The position numbers and the translations under genes are program-made. A DNA stretch of 64,000 nt, taken from positions 1,376,001 to 1,440,000 of the forward strand of contig CAXXOA010000002.1 of the NCBI GenBank assembly GCA_963666275.2. Direction: 5' to 3'. Positions 38,861-48,884 of this stretch are shown one piece after another. The number at the start of each line of letters is the position of its first letter. The stretch's first letter is position 1. This DNA comes from Oceanispirochaeta sp. (lineage in GTDB: Bacteria; Spirochaetota; Spirochaetia; DSM-2461). Below the pieces are notes generated by a model. The model made no database searches, had not been told where the DNA came from, and saw only the letters and a list, made by a program, of their open reading frames with translations.

Positions 38861-40333
38861 ATGAAAAAAACAACCAAAGGGCTTATGCTTGCCATGATGC
38901 TTATCTCTGCTTCTGTCTTCGCAGGAGGTCAGAAGGAAGCTTCTCAGGACGCTGCAGAAACATCTTTCGGTCAGGCTAAATATGTTTTTCTATTTATCGG
39001 AGATGGAATGGCTATGCCTCAGATCAATGCGGCTGAAGCTTACCTGAACCAGAAAAACGGATCAGATATTGGTGTTAAACAACTGAATTTTACCCAGTTT
39101 CCCGCCCAGGGGCTGACTACCACCTATGATGCGGGATCCTTCATTACCGATTCAGCTTCTGCCGGAACGGCAATCGCTACTGGGAATAAAACCCTTTCCG
39201 GTGTGATTAATATGGATGTATCCAAAACCATCGAGTATCCCACCATTGCTGAAATGGCAAAAGGGGAAGGAAAAAAAGTGGGAATTATCTCCTCCGTAGA
39301 CCTGGATCATGCAACTCCCGCCTGTTTCTATGCACATCAGCCCACCAGAAACAACTACTATGAAATCGGTGTTCAGGCTGTCAGCTCGGAGGTAGACTAT
39401 TTCGGCGGCGGGAATTTCAGAATGGGAAAAACCCCAGAAGGGCAGCCTACGGTGCATGAACTGATGGCACAGGCCGGATGGACCATGGCGGGGAATAAAA
39501 CAGAGCTGAACGCATTAACTACCGGAACTGAAAAAGTTTACGCCTACACCAAAGGGTTCAGCGGTGACGCACTTCCCTATGATCTGGACAGACAGGAAAA
39601 CGAAATCTCTCTGGCCGAGTTTACTGCCAAAGGGATCGAACTTCTGGATAACGAAGAGGGATTTTTCATAATGGTTGAGGCCGGAAAAATTGACTGGGCC
39701 TGCCATGCCAACGATGCCGCTTCTTCCATACATGACACCATTGCCTTCAACAACGCTGTAGCTGAAGCCATTGAATTCTACAACCAGCATCCCCAGGATA
39801 CTCTGATTGTTGTTACCGGTGATCATGAAACCGGTGGGCTGGCTCTGGGATTTGCCGGAACCAAATACGACTCTGCTTTTGAAAAGATTGAAGGGCAGAC
39901 CATGTCCTTTGAAGCATTCGACAAGTTTGTGCTGGCCCCCTACAAAGAGAGCCACAGCTCTGCTGATGCAAGACTTTCAGACCTGATGCCTGAGATTGAA
40001 AAAGCTTTCGGCGTATCCGAATTTTCCGAACTGGAATTGAAAAAACTGGAAGAAGCTTTTGCCCAGTCCATGATGGATAAAGGTTCCAGAGACTCCAGCG
40101 ATGAAGCCTATCTGCTGTATGGAGGATATGAACCCCTTTCTGTCACTCTGACTCATATTGTGAATCAGCAGACCGGATTGGCATGGACCTCTTACTCTCA
40201 TACCGGAGTTCCCGTTTCCACCTTCGCTATGGGTGTGGGACAGGACATGTTCAACGGATACTATGACAACACGGATATTTTCAGAAAAGTGTCTCAGATT
40301 ATGGGACTGAATCCAACTGTTGCCATGAAATAA
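38861..40333 (+). CDS. phoA: Alkaline phosphatase
   Basis: LFIGDGM, ITDSASAGTA (catalytic Ser), HATPA, VEAGKIDWACH, TGDHETGG, SHTG; signal peptide. Start set at ATG 38861 behind GGAG. Confidence 0.92.
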   Translation: MKKTTKGLMLAMMLISASVFAGGQKEASQDAAETSFGQAKYVFLFIGDGMAMPQINAAEAYLNQKNGSDIGVKQLNFTQFPAQGLTTTYDAGSFITDSASAGTAIATGNKTLSGVINMDVSKTIEYPTIAEMAKGEGKKVGIISSVDLDHATPACFYAHQPTRNNYYEIGVQAVSSEVDYFGGGNFRMGKTPEGQPTVHELMAQAGWTMAGNKTELNALTTGTEKVYAYTKGFSGDALPYDLDRQENEISLAEFTAKGIELLDNEEGFFIMVEAGKIDWACHANDAASSIHDTIAFNNAVAEAIEFYNQHPQDTLIVVTGDHETGGLALGFAGTKYDSAFEKIEGQTMSFEAFDKFVLAPYKESHSSADARLSDLMPEIEKAFGVSEFSELELKKLEEAFAQSMMDKGSRDSSDEAYLLYGGYEPLSVTLTHIVNQQTGLAWTSYSHTGVPVSTFAMGVGQDMFNGYYDNTDIFRKVSQIMGLNPTVAMK

Positions 40334-40359
40334 AAATCTTCTTTTCAGGAAGAAGTCTG

Positions 40360-40390
40360 GAACCCCGGTTCAAACCGGGGTTCTCTGTTT
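40360..40390 (+). terminator. Hairpin or terminator between phoA and yibE/F
   Basis: GAACCCCGGTT-CA-AACCGGGGTTC followed by TCTGTTT. Confidence 0.7.
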
Positions 40391-40463
40391 ATATAGAAGA
40401 TTTCAAGGCTCCAGATGCAGAAAAAGGCCGTTGTCTGAGAGTCTTATTCAGGAGAATACCGAA

Positions 40464-41606
40464 ATGATTTTTGACCTTGAAACTGTTAAAAAACAGGATA
40501 TTGTATTTGTCGTGATTATCTCTGTCCTGGTACTGATTCTCTCCCTGGTTCCTACTGGATTCAAAGAGAAAAAATCTCCCCTGTCCATGACTGTCCGGGG
40601 AAGGGTTCTGGATGTGGATAATACGGATGTACATCAGTTCGGTATTGTCAAACAGGGCGATCAGGGTGTTTCCATTGAAGTCATGAACGGTCCCTTTAAA
40701 GGAGAACAGGTAGAGACGGTCAATATGCTCATAGGAAAACTGGAGCTGGACAAGTTTTTTCAGGAAGGGGATGTGGCTCTGGTTGTCCTTGATTTGAGCC
40801 CTGAAAAAGACAGAATCCTGTACGGAACCGCTATAGATCATTACAGATTGAATATAGAGATTATCCTGTTGGTTCTTTTTACGGCGATTCTGGTTTTCTT
40901 TGCGGGCTGGACAGGTTTAAAAGCGATCGTTTCCTTTGCCTTTACGGCGGTTATGATCTGGCGGGTTATGCTCCCCCAGTTTCTGAATAACTGGAATCCC
41001 ATCCTCCTTTCGCTTGGTGTTGTTTCCCTTCTGACAGGAGTCATAATTTTTCTTATCGGAGGATTCAGAAAAAGGGGCGTTGTTGCCTTTGCCGGTTCAT
41101 TTGCCGGAATCCTGCTGACCTGCCTTCTTTCCCTCATCTTCGGGGCCTATTTTAATATTCACGGTGCGGTCCGGCCTTTTTCTGAAACCCTGCTGTATTC
41201 AGGCTATCCTCATCTGGACCTGAGATCTATCTTTTTGGCGGGGATCTTTCTGGCATCCAGCGGGGCTGTTATGGATATTGCCATGGATATTGCCGCCTCT
41301 ATGAATGAGATATATCAGAAACATCCGGATATCTCCCGGAGAGAACTCCTTATTTCGGGTTTGAATGTCGGGAGGGCTGTGATAGGGACTATGACCACAA
41401 CCCTTCTCCTGGCATACACCGGAGGATATACGACGATGTTTATGGTGTTTATTGCCCAGGGAACACCTATGATCAATGTTCTGAATCTTACCTATGTTTC
41501 GTCTGAAATTCTTCACACACTAGTAGGAAGTTTTGGACTTGTTCTGGTGGCTCCCCTGACTGCTCTTGCAGGGGCTATTCTCTACCCAGTCCAGAGAAAA
41601 CCATAA
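40464..41606 (+). CDS. YibE/F family membrane protein
   Basis: SGAVMDIAMDIA, G.NVGR.VIGTMTTTLLLAY.G, GSFGLVLVAPLT; AGGAGA RBS before the ATG at 40464. Confidence 0.88.
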   Translation: MIFDLETVKKQDIVFVVIISVLVLILSLVPTGFKEKKSPLSMTVRGRVLDVDNTDVHQFGIVKQGDQGVSIEVMNGPFKGEQVETVNMLIGKLELDKFFQEGDVALVVLDLSPEKDRILYGTAIDHYRLNIEIILLVLFTAILVFFAGWTGLKAIVSFAFTAVMIWRVMLPQFLNNWNPILLSLGVVSLLTGVIIFLIGGFRKRGVVAFAGSFAGILLTCLLSLIFGAYFNIHGAVRPFSETLLYSGYPHLDLRSIFLAGIFLASSGAVMDIAMDIAASMNEIYQKHPDISRRELLISGLNVGRAVIGTMTTTLLLAYTGGYTTMFMVFIAQGTPMINVLNLTYVSSEILHTLVGSFGLVLVAPLTALAGAILYPVQRKP

Positions 41607-41885
41607 TCCCTTGTCAGTTGCACCCGAGAGTTTTTTCCCCGGGGAAAATGTTTCCTGTATAGGATTTCAATATGCTGTCTGGGAAGCCTTTGGCATTACC
41701 TTTCAATTAAGAGGAAGTTCCCAGAGGACAATCTAAATAAGAAAAAATACCAGGCTTTGGGGTTCTGCATGCCCTTAATCCCTGTTAGAGCCTGATGTCC
41801 TCCTTCCTATATCAGGCTGCTCTTGCCCCCTGCTATGGATAGCGGTATAATTATTTGACTAATTAATCAAACATAGTGGGGTAGT

Positions 41886-44129
41886 GTGAAAAGCTGTTTT
41901 CGAAATGACGCCAGACAAAAAGTAACCGGCCGGGCCAGGTATGCCGACGACTTCCGATTTCCGGGTATGGTCCATGCCGCACCTGTTTATTCTGACTATG
42001 TTCATGCCCGGATAGAATCGATCCATACGGAAGAGGCCCGGAGTATGCCCGGAGTCCTGGATGTGCTGACCTGGGAGGATGTCCCCGGTGAGCTCACGGC
42101 AGGACAGATCAACAAGGATTACCCCATTTTTGCTCAGGACAAGATCCGCTTTACCGGTGATGTTATTGCTCTGGTAGTGGCTGACACCCGTCAGCAGGCC
42201 ATAGATGCGGCTGAAAAGGTGACACTGATTGCCGAAGAGCTTCCTGCCATCCTGGATACAGAGGAAGCCTTCCGGGAGGATTCTCCCGTGATCCCCCGGG
42301 ATGAAGATTCCAATATTGTGAATCATCACAAGGTCCGCACCGGAGATCCCTTCCCGGAGATGGAGAAGAGTGATCTGATCATTGAACAGAGGTTTGAAAC
42401 GCCCTTTGTGGAACATGCCTATATTGAACCGGAGTGCGGAGTCTGTGTTCCCCGTGAGGACGGAACTCTGGATATATACGGAACTATGCAGCACCCTTTC
42501 AGTACAAGGCGTTTTGTCTGTACCTACCTGGGAAGGCCCCTGGCGTCTGTTGTCTGCTACTCCCATGCCGTGGGAGGCAGCTTCGGCGGCAAGGATGATA
42601 CAGCTTCGATCGTCTGCGCCAGAGCCGCTCTGGCCGCGCAGAGACTGAACCGTCCTGTTAAACTCCTGTACAAACGGGAGTGGTCCATGAGGGAGAGCTA
42701 CAAGCGGGTTGCCTATAAAATGGATTACAAAGTCGGTTTTGACAAAGAGGGCTGTCTGAAAGCCCTGATCAGCCGTTCTCTGGGAGACTCGGGCGCCTAC
42801 ACATCCACCACTCCCTGGTCTACCTGGCGTTCCGCTGTCCAGAACATGGGACCCTACCGGGTGGATCATGTTCATGCAGATGTGTACGGCGTGGCGACAA
42901 ATAATGTCTTTACCGGTGCCTTCCGGGGATTCGGATCACCCCAGACGAATTTTGCGGTGGAACAGATTATGGACATGGCGGCGGAAAAGCTCAATCTGTC
43001 TCCTCTGGAGATCCGCCGCAGAAACGGAGTTGTTCAGGATTCGGTGACCATCACCGGCCAGGCCCTGAAAGAGCATACAGTCAGCCTTATGGAGGTGATG
43101 GAGAAAACCACCGCGGCCATAGGGTTTGAAGAGAAGCTGAAGCAGTGCTCCCGCGGAAAAGGGGAGAAATGGTACGGCATCGGCATGGCGGCTTCCTACA
43201 GGGGAACCAGTGTGGGAGCGGAAGCCATGGATTTCTGCTGTGCCTCCATCAACGTTCAGTTTGACGGATCCATCCTCCTGGATACCGCAGTTTTCGAGAA
43301 CGGCCAGGGAGCTCCCAGCGCCATGATCCTCATTGCGGCGGAGGAACTGGGTGTTCCTCCCGAATCGATCCATTACCAGTACTCCTCCACCGCGACGATT
43401 CCCGACGGCGGGACCACCGTGGCTTCCCGGGGGACTCTGGTCGGCGGCGGAGCCATCAAAGATGCCATGGCAAAGCTGAAGCCTATTCTGGCAGAGACTC
43501 TCTATCCTCTGATTGCAGACAAACCTGAAGATATCACATTTCATGATAACAGGATCTGGGGAACCCTGGGACGCTCCCTTACCTGGCCCGAAGCGGGAAG
43601 GCAGATGTATCTGGCAAGGGTCTATCCCTTTGCCTTCGGCACCTTCCAGGCTCCCCGGGTCACCTGGGACGAGGAAACCGGACAGGGAACCGCCTACTTT
43701 TCCTATGTTTACAGCTGCCAGGCTGTGGAAGTGGAGGTGGATCCTGAAAAAAGGACCTGCCGGCTGCTGAATATCGTGGCAACCCACGATATCGGAAAGG
43801 CTGTGAATCCTCCCATGGTGGAAGGCCAGATTCACGGTGGCGTCGCCCAGGGGGCGGGTATGGCCCTGACGGAAGACTTTCTTATGGAAGAGGGAAAGGT
43901 CAGGTCTCTGAACTTTTCAAAATATAAAATTCCCCGGATGACGGATATGCCTGAGATCACGACGCAGATTGTGGAGAATTTCGATCCCCTGTCTCCCACG
44001 GGAGCGAAGGGTATCGGGGAACCCGCTCTGGAGATCATTGCCCCGGCTATCGCCAACGCTATCGCTGCGGCTACAGGCAGACGGTTCACATCCCTGCCCA
44101 TTAATTTAAAAAAGGAGCTTGAACCCTGA
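41886..44129 (+). CDS. Xanthine dehydrogenase-family molybdopterin-binding subunit
   Basis: KVTGRARYADD, EHAYIEPE, GGSFGGK, AFRGFG, GQG, ASRGT, GQIHGG..QG, AKGIGEP. Confidence 0.93.
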   Translation: MKSCFRNDARQKVTGRARYADDFRFPGMVHAAPVYSDYVHARIESIHTEEARSMPGVLDVLTWEDVPGELTAGQINKDYPIFAQDKIRFTGDVIALVVADTRQQAIDAAEKVTLIAEELPAILDTEEAFREDSPVIPRDEDSNIVNHHKVRTGDPFPEMEKSDLIIEQRFETPFVEHAYIEPECGVCVPREDGTLDIYGTMQHPFSTRRFVCTYLGRPLASVVCYSHAVGGSFGGKDDTASIVCARAALAAQRLNRPVKLLYKREWSMRESYKRVAYKMDYKVGFDKEGCLKALISRSLGDSGAYTSTTPWSTWRSAVQNMGPYRVDHVHADVYGVATNNVFTGAFRGFGSPQTNFAVEQIMDMAAEKLNLSPLEIRRRNGVVQDSVTITGQALKEHTVSLMEVMEKTTAAIGFEEKLKQCSRGKGEKWYGIGMAASYRGTSVGAEAMDFCCASINVQFDGSILLDTAVFENGQGAPSAMILIAAEELGVPPESIHYQYSSTATIPDGGTTVASRGTLVGGGAIKDAMAKLKPILAETLYPLIADKPEDITFHDNRIWGTLGRSLTWPEAGRQMYLARVYPFAFGTFQAPRVTWDEETGQGTAYFSYVYSCQAVEVEVDPEKRTCRLLNIVATHDIGKAVNPPMVEGQIHGGVAQGAGMALTEDFLMEEGKVRSLNFSKYKIPRMTDMPEITTQIVENFDPLSPTGAKGIGEPALEIIAPAIANAIAAATGRRFTSLPINLKKELEP

Positions 44130-44599
44130 TGTCTGAAATTGAGGTGAATTCAAGAAAATATACGGTTTCCGAGGAGTGGACCGGGAGAACTCTCCTGGAC
44201 TTTCTCAGGGAGGAGCTGGATCTGATCGGCACAAAGAACGGCTGCGGTGAAGGAACCTGCGGCGCCTGTACGGTGCTTCTTGACAGGAAAGCCGTCAGAG
44301 CCTGTCGGACTCCCATGAAAAAAGCGCTGGGTAAAACGGTTCTGACTATAGAAGGTCTGGCTGCTCCCGACGGAACTCTTCATCCTCTGCAGCAGGCTTT
44401 TATCGATGCCGGCGCCATTCAGTGCGGTTTCTGTACGCCCGGTATGATTATGCAGGCTCTGGATCTGCTTGATAAAAATCCCGAACCCTCAAGGGATGAG
44501 ATCCGGAAGGCCATGAGGGGGAATCTCTGCCGCTGTACAGGTTATCAGGCCATTGTGGATGCGGTTCAGATGGCTTCTGTAAAGATGAAAACCCCCTGA
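44129..44599 (+). CDS. 2x[2Fe-2S] small subunit (CoxS/XdhC-like)
   Basis: [28 protein letters not shown]. Confidence 0.95.
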   Translation: MSEIEVNSRKYTVSEEWTGRTLLDFLREELDLIGTKNGCGEGTCGACTVLLDRKAVRACRTPMKKALGKTVLTIEGLAAPDGTLHPLQQAFIDAGAIQCGFCTPGMIMQALDLLDKNPEPSRDEIRKAMRGNLCRCTGYQAIVDAVQMASVKMKTP

Positions 44600-44727
44600 T
44601 CCTCTGACTTGCCCGTGGCAATGTTAAGAAAACTTAACTTGTGTTCAAATATCATCAGCATATAAAATTACCTAAATGTCCCTAAAAAAGAACGTATTTC
44701 GTGAAAAAAGGGCAGGAGGTTGTGAAT

Positions 44728-45993
44728 ATGCTGAAATGGTACTTTAAAACAAATCTTTTACTGCGGATTTTAATAGGGCTCCTGGCGGGAGCCGTTACCG
44801 GTCTGATTGCAGGACCGTCCATCGGAGTGATAACCCCGCTGGGAAGTCTCCTTGTGAATCTGCTCAAAATGATTGTGATGCCCCTGATCCTGACATCCCT
44901 TGTTGTGGGAGCCGCCAGTATTCAGCCCCGGGAACTGGGAAAAATCGGCATAAAAATCTTTGTCTATTACATGTTTACATCCGCTCTGGCTGTAACAATC
45001 GGACTCATCGCGGCCAATATTTTCAAGCCCGGTGCGGGACTGGAGCTGGCTGCCGCGGCTGATGCGGCGGGAAAAACCCTCAATCAGCCGAAATTCATGG
45101 ATACCCTGCTGAATATTATCCCCAAGAACCCCTTCGGCGCCCTTTCTCAGGGCGCGGTTCTGCCGACAATCTTTTTTGCTCTGACCTTCGGTATCGGAAT
45201 CAGCGTTATTAAAAACAGCGACGAAGAGAGGCTCAAAAAGGGGGGAGATACACTCTTTTCCATTTTCGACGGGGCCGCGGAAGTTATGTATGTGATCGTC
45301 AAATGGGTCCTGGAATATGCTCCCATCGGTGTTTTCGCCCTGATCGCCGTGGTATTCGGAAGCCAGGGCGCCAGTGCATTCGGTTCACTCGGACTTGTGA
45401 CCCTTACCGCCTATTTTGGATTTATCATACAGATAGCCGGTATTTACGGACTGTTCCTGGTCGTGAACAAGCTGGGGTATCTGACGTTTTTCAAAGGCGC
45501 CCGGGAAGCCATGATCACATCTTTTGTTACAAGGAGTTCCAGCGGAACCCTTCCCGTCACCATGAGGAATGTCACCGAGAATCTCGGGGTTCCCAGGAAG
45601 ATCTCTTCTTTCACTCTCCCTCTGGGGGCTACCATCAATATGGATGGAACTGCCATCTACATGGGAGTCTGTGCACTGTTCATAACCAATGCGGTGGGTA
45701 TGGAACTGAACATGACCCAGCAGATCACGATCATCCTCACAGCCGTCCTGGCCTCTATCGGATCGGCCGGGATCCCCGGAGCCGGAGCCATCATGCTTCT
45801 TATGGTGCTGAACTCCATCGGAATAACCATTGAGGCGGGCTCAGCTGTTGCCGCAGCCTATGCGATGATACTGGGAATTGATGCCCTTCTGGACATGGGA
45901 AGAACCATCACCAATGTGAGCGGTGATATGGTGGGAACCATTCTGGTCTCCAAAGGTGAAAGAGAACTGGATCTGGCCAAGTGGAAAAAATAG
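44728..45993 (+). CDS. Dicarboxylate/amino acid:cation symporter (GltPh-like)
   Basis: TRSSSGTLP, GATINMDGTA, ASIGSAGIPGAG, DALLDMGRT..NV.GD; AGGAGG RBS. Confidence 0.93.
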   Translation: MLKWYFKTNLLLRILIGLLAGAVTGLIAGPSIGVITPLGSLLVNLLKMIVMPLILTSLVVGAASIQPRELGKIGIKIFVYYMFTSALAVTIGLIAANIFKPGAGLELAAAADAAGKTLNQPKFMDTLLNIIPKNPFGALSQGAVLPTIFFALTFGIGISVIKNSDEERLKKGGDTLFSIFDGAAEVMYVIVKWVLEYAPIGVFALIAVVFGSQGASAFGSLGLVTLTAYFGFIIQIAGIYGLFLVVNKLGYLTFFKGAREAMITSFVTRSSSGTLPVTMRNVTENLGVPRKISSFTLPLGATINMDGTAIYMGVCALFITNAVGMELNMTQQITIILTAVLASIGSAGIPGAGAIMLLMVLNSIGITIEAGSAVAAAYAMILGIDALLDMGRTITNVSGDMVGTILVSKGERELDLAKWKK

Positions 45994-46006
45994 CCTCCAC
46001 ATAAAG

Positions 46007-46031
46007 AAAGGGGCCCCTGAGGCCCCTTTTT
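46007..46031. terminator. Bidirectional intrinsic terminator
   Basis: AAAGGGGCC-CCTGA-GGCCCCTTTTT between convergent genes. Confidence 0.8.
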
Positions 46032-46049
46032 CAGAATGGTATTGGTCTG

Positions 46050-47687
46050 TTAAATCTCATTCAGATAGGAGATAATTTTTTCTGACCGTTTGAGCAGCAC
46101 TTCGTAGAGATCTTCAATTTCCCCATGGGATAGGGATCCTACTCCCTGGATGATCTTTTTCACAAGGCTGTGCAGCGCTTCATGATCCGCCGTCATTTCC
46201 CTGAACTCTACGGATTTTTTGAGATTTTCCGGCGCATCCCTGTCAATCCAGTGACCCAGTTCACAGCTGTGGTGGTCTATGATCTGATCGGCCGGCACAT
46301 TCATGGTTCCGTCTATGACCCCTCTGGCCTTGATGAGCCACAAGAGATGCTGAATGATGATTTTTACAGAATTGAAATCTGTTCCGGCTCCGAATTCAAA
46401 GTCCTGAAACTTTTTGATCTGACTCAGATACTCTTCATGATTCAGGAAGACATGGGACACATTGAAGAACACCCTGTTTATCTTACCGGAGATCTCTGTA
46501 ATCCGGGAAATCTCTTCTTCCGTATTTTTGCTGGCCTCAACAATGTTTGTAATGGAACCCTGAATATCCTGGGTGCTGGTTTCGATTTCTCCCGAACCGT
46601 TTCTTATATTGACGGATATATCGTTCAGCATCTGAGTGGCATTCACAATCTCATGGCTGCCCGTGTTCAGCTCTGACGTGGCCTGCTGGATTGCCATGTA
46701 ACCTTCCACCATTCCCTTCGTTTCCGACTGGATCGCATGGAATCCCTCCAGGCTCTCTGCGCCGGCATGTTTGATATTCCTTACATTGTCGATGATATTC
46801 TGCAGGGTCCGGGATATCAGGGTGGAGTTGTCCGCTGTGGATTCGGCCAGTTTTCTGATCTCTTCGGCCACAACGGCAAATCCCTTGCCAGCTTCTCCCG
46901 CATGAGCCGCTTCAATGGCGGCATTCATGGACAGAAGGTTGGTCTGGGAGGCAATGGAATCGATCACATTGATGATTTCCAGAACCGAATCGATACTGTT
47001 GTTCACCGTATCGATCATTCTGTTCATTTCCTCCATATCCTGCTGTCTTGTTTCGGTCAGTTCCAGCAGAGCCTGGGCGGCAGTGGTCCTTCTGGATGTG
47101 ATTTCACTCACGTTCCTTATGGACGCATCCATCTGTTCTATCGCTGATGAGGTCTGGATAACAGAAGCGGACTGATCCTCGATCTGTTCGGAGAAATTGG
47201 TCATGGTCCGGCTGATCTCCTCTATTGCCGAGGAGGAGTCCATGAGAGAGTCGTTCAGGGCGGAAATCTTATCCAGAATCCTGATGATGCTGCCGTTGAT
47301 CCTGGTTGTGAGATAGACCGAATCGGTCAGTTCCCTTGTAAACTCGTGGGAGTGTTCACCATTCCTGTCCAGGATCTCTCTTGTTTTCTGCCGGGACACA
47401 GCACAGGCCTTCATGTGATCCGAAAGAACGGCTGTGGTATCATTGCCGCCTTCGGTCCGGCAGCTGCTCAGTCTTTTTGTGACAACCGAGTTGAACCGGC
47501 CGATTCTGCCATTGAGCTTCCGGGAGTAGAGATAGCCTGCCAGGAGCTGGAGAATCAGAAACACTCCTGTGATTCCGGCTATCATTGGGGAGCTGCAAAA
47601 GACATAGACAAGCCCTGCTCCCGCCAGTGTTATCAGGAATGAGATTGAAAGATAGATGATATTGGTTTTCTGTTCGGTCATTTCCAT
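46050..47687 (-). CDS. Methyl-accepting chemotaxis protein with C-terminal CZB zinc-binding domain
   Basis: Two N-terminal TMs; [38 protein letters not shown] motifs [18 protein letters not shown]. Start set at ATG 47687. Confidence 0.9.
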   Translation of the reverse strand: MEMTEQKTNIIYLSISFLITLAGAGLVYVFCSSPMIAGITGVFLILQLLAGYLYSRKLNGRIGRFNSVVTKRLSSCRTEGGNDTTAVLSDHMKACAVSRQKTREILDRNGEHSHEFTRELTDSVYLTTRINGSIIRILDKISALNDSLMDSSSAIEEISRTMTNFSEQIEDQSASVIQTSSAIEQMDASIRNVSEITSRRTTAAQALLELTETRQQDMEEMNRMIDTVNNSIDSVLEIINVIDSIASQTNLLSMNAAIEAAHAGEAGKGFAVVAEEIRKLAESTADNSTLISRTLQNIIDNVRNIKHAGAESLEGFHAIQSETKGMVEGYMAIQQATSELNTGSHEIVNATQMLNDISVNIRNGSGEIETSTQDIQGSITNIVEASKNTEEEISRITEISGKINRVFFNVSHVFLNHEEYLSQIKKFQDFEFGAGTDFNSVKIIIQHLLWLIKARGVIDGTMNVPADQIIDHHSCELGHWIDRDAPENLKKSVEFREMTADHEALHSLVKKIIQGVGSLSHGEIEDLYEVLLKRSEKIISYLNEI

Positions 47688-47841
47688 AGATGCCTCATAT
47701 GTCCTTCTCAATTGGATTCGCCTGAGTATTCGTCTCATTTTGTGGAGAGATCGTTCAGGGAGCTAAAAAACAATAGGGACATTGTATGACTTTCCCTGTA
47801 AAAAGAATAGAAAAAAAGTGAGATTAATTATGAAAATTTCT

Positions 47842-48882
47842 TTAAATCAGCAGGCATCTGCTTCTGCTGACTGACCATTCGACCTTTTCTCCCATTTTCC
47901 ATATCCGCCGGGAGGAGCATTTGATCGAAATAATCCCTTCTCCGCAGCGGACTTCCAGATACTGATAGTCTCCGCCGAATTCCCTGTATACAACTTCGCC
48001 TGAATCCTTCCGGGCTGTATCCTTAACCTCCCCTCCGATCAGGCAGTCTTCAGGGCGGAAATAGAGGTATTCAGGGGAAGGAGACTCCGCGCCCATCTGA
48101 TCCGGAGAGAGATGAAAATCCCCCCGATCTGTTGAGGCAATGAGGCTTTCCGGACCTTCCCGATGAAGGCTTTTCAGGGGAATGCTGTTGGATGTCCCTA
48201 TAAAACTGCCGCAGAACCGGTCGGCCGGACGTTCATATAACTCTTCGGGCGTTCCTATCTGTCTGACCCTGCCGGAATCCATCAGAACGATCCTGTCGGA
48301 TATGGCCATAGCTTCCTCCTGGTCATGGGTCACATAAACGGCTGTCAGGCCTGTCTCTATCTGGATCTCCCGGATCTGACGCCGAAGGGAACGGCGCAGT
48401 TTGGCATCCAGGGCACTGAGAGGTTCATCCAGAAGGAGAATCTCCGGAGATCCCGCCAGAGCTCTGGCCAGGGCCACCCTCTGTTTTTCTCCCCCGGAAA
48501 GTTCGTCGGGTTTTCTTCGGCCGTATCCTTCCAGGTGAACCATAGCCAGAAGCTCTTCCGCTTTTTTCCGGGCTTCAGGTCCCTTCTCTTTCATGCCGTA
48601 GCAGACATTCCGCACCACATTCATGTGAGGAAACAGGGCATAGTCCTGAAAGACCATTCCGATCTTTCTGTAGCGGGGTTCCAGGCCGGTAATGTCCCGT
48701 TCTCCCAGGAATACTTTCCCCTTGGAGGGGGTGTAAAGGCCGGAAATGATTTTGAGCAGGGTTGTTTTACCGCAGCCGCTGGGGCCGAGTAGGCTTATAA
48801 GTTCTCCCGGAGGAAGGTTCAGGTCCACATGGAGATGAAAATCCTCAAGGGTCAGTTCTATATTATGGAGTTTCAGATTCAT
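47842..48882 (-). CDS. thiQ: Thiamine ABC transporter ATP-binding protein
   Basis: GPSGCGKT, LSGGEKQR, LLLDEP, THDQEE; last gene of the TPP-riboswitch operon. The symbol rests on context. Confidence 0.8.
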   Translation of the reverse strand: MNLKLHNIELTLEDFHLHVDLNLPPGELISLLGPSGCGKTTLLKIISGLYTPSKGKVFLGERDITGLEPRYRKIGMVFQDYALFPHMNVVRNVCYGMKEKGPEARKKAEELLAMVHLEGYGRRKPDELSGGEKQRVALARALAGSPEILLLDEPLSALDAKLRRSLRRQIREIQIETGLTAVYVTHDQEEAMAISDRIVLMDSGRVRQIGTPEELYERPADRFCGSFIGTSNSIPLKSLHREGPESLIASTDRGDFHLSPDQMGAESPSPEYLYFRPEDCLIGGEVKDTARKDSGEVVYREFGGDYQYLEVRCGEGIISIKCSSRRIWKMGEKVEWSVSRSRCLLI

Positions 48883-48884
48883 AC

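Noticed and set aside
41676..41794. Two loose hairpins upstream of the molybdenum enzyme (CTGGGAA/TTCCCAG and CAGGCT/AGCCTG) as a possible Moco or purine riboswitch
   Set aside because: The stems are short with large loops, and I could not match conserved riboswitch core nucleotides; an Infernal scan would be needed.
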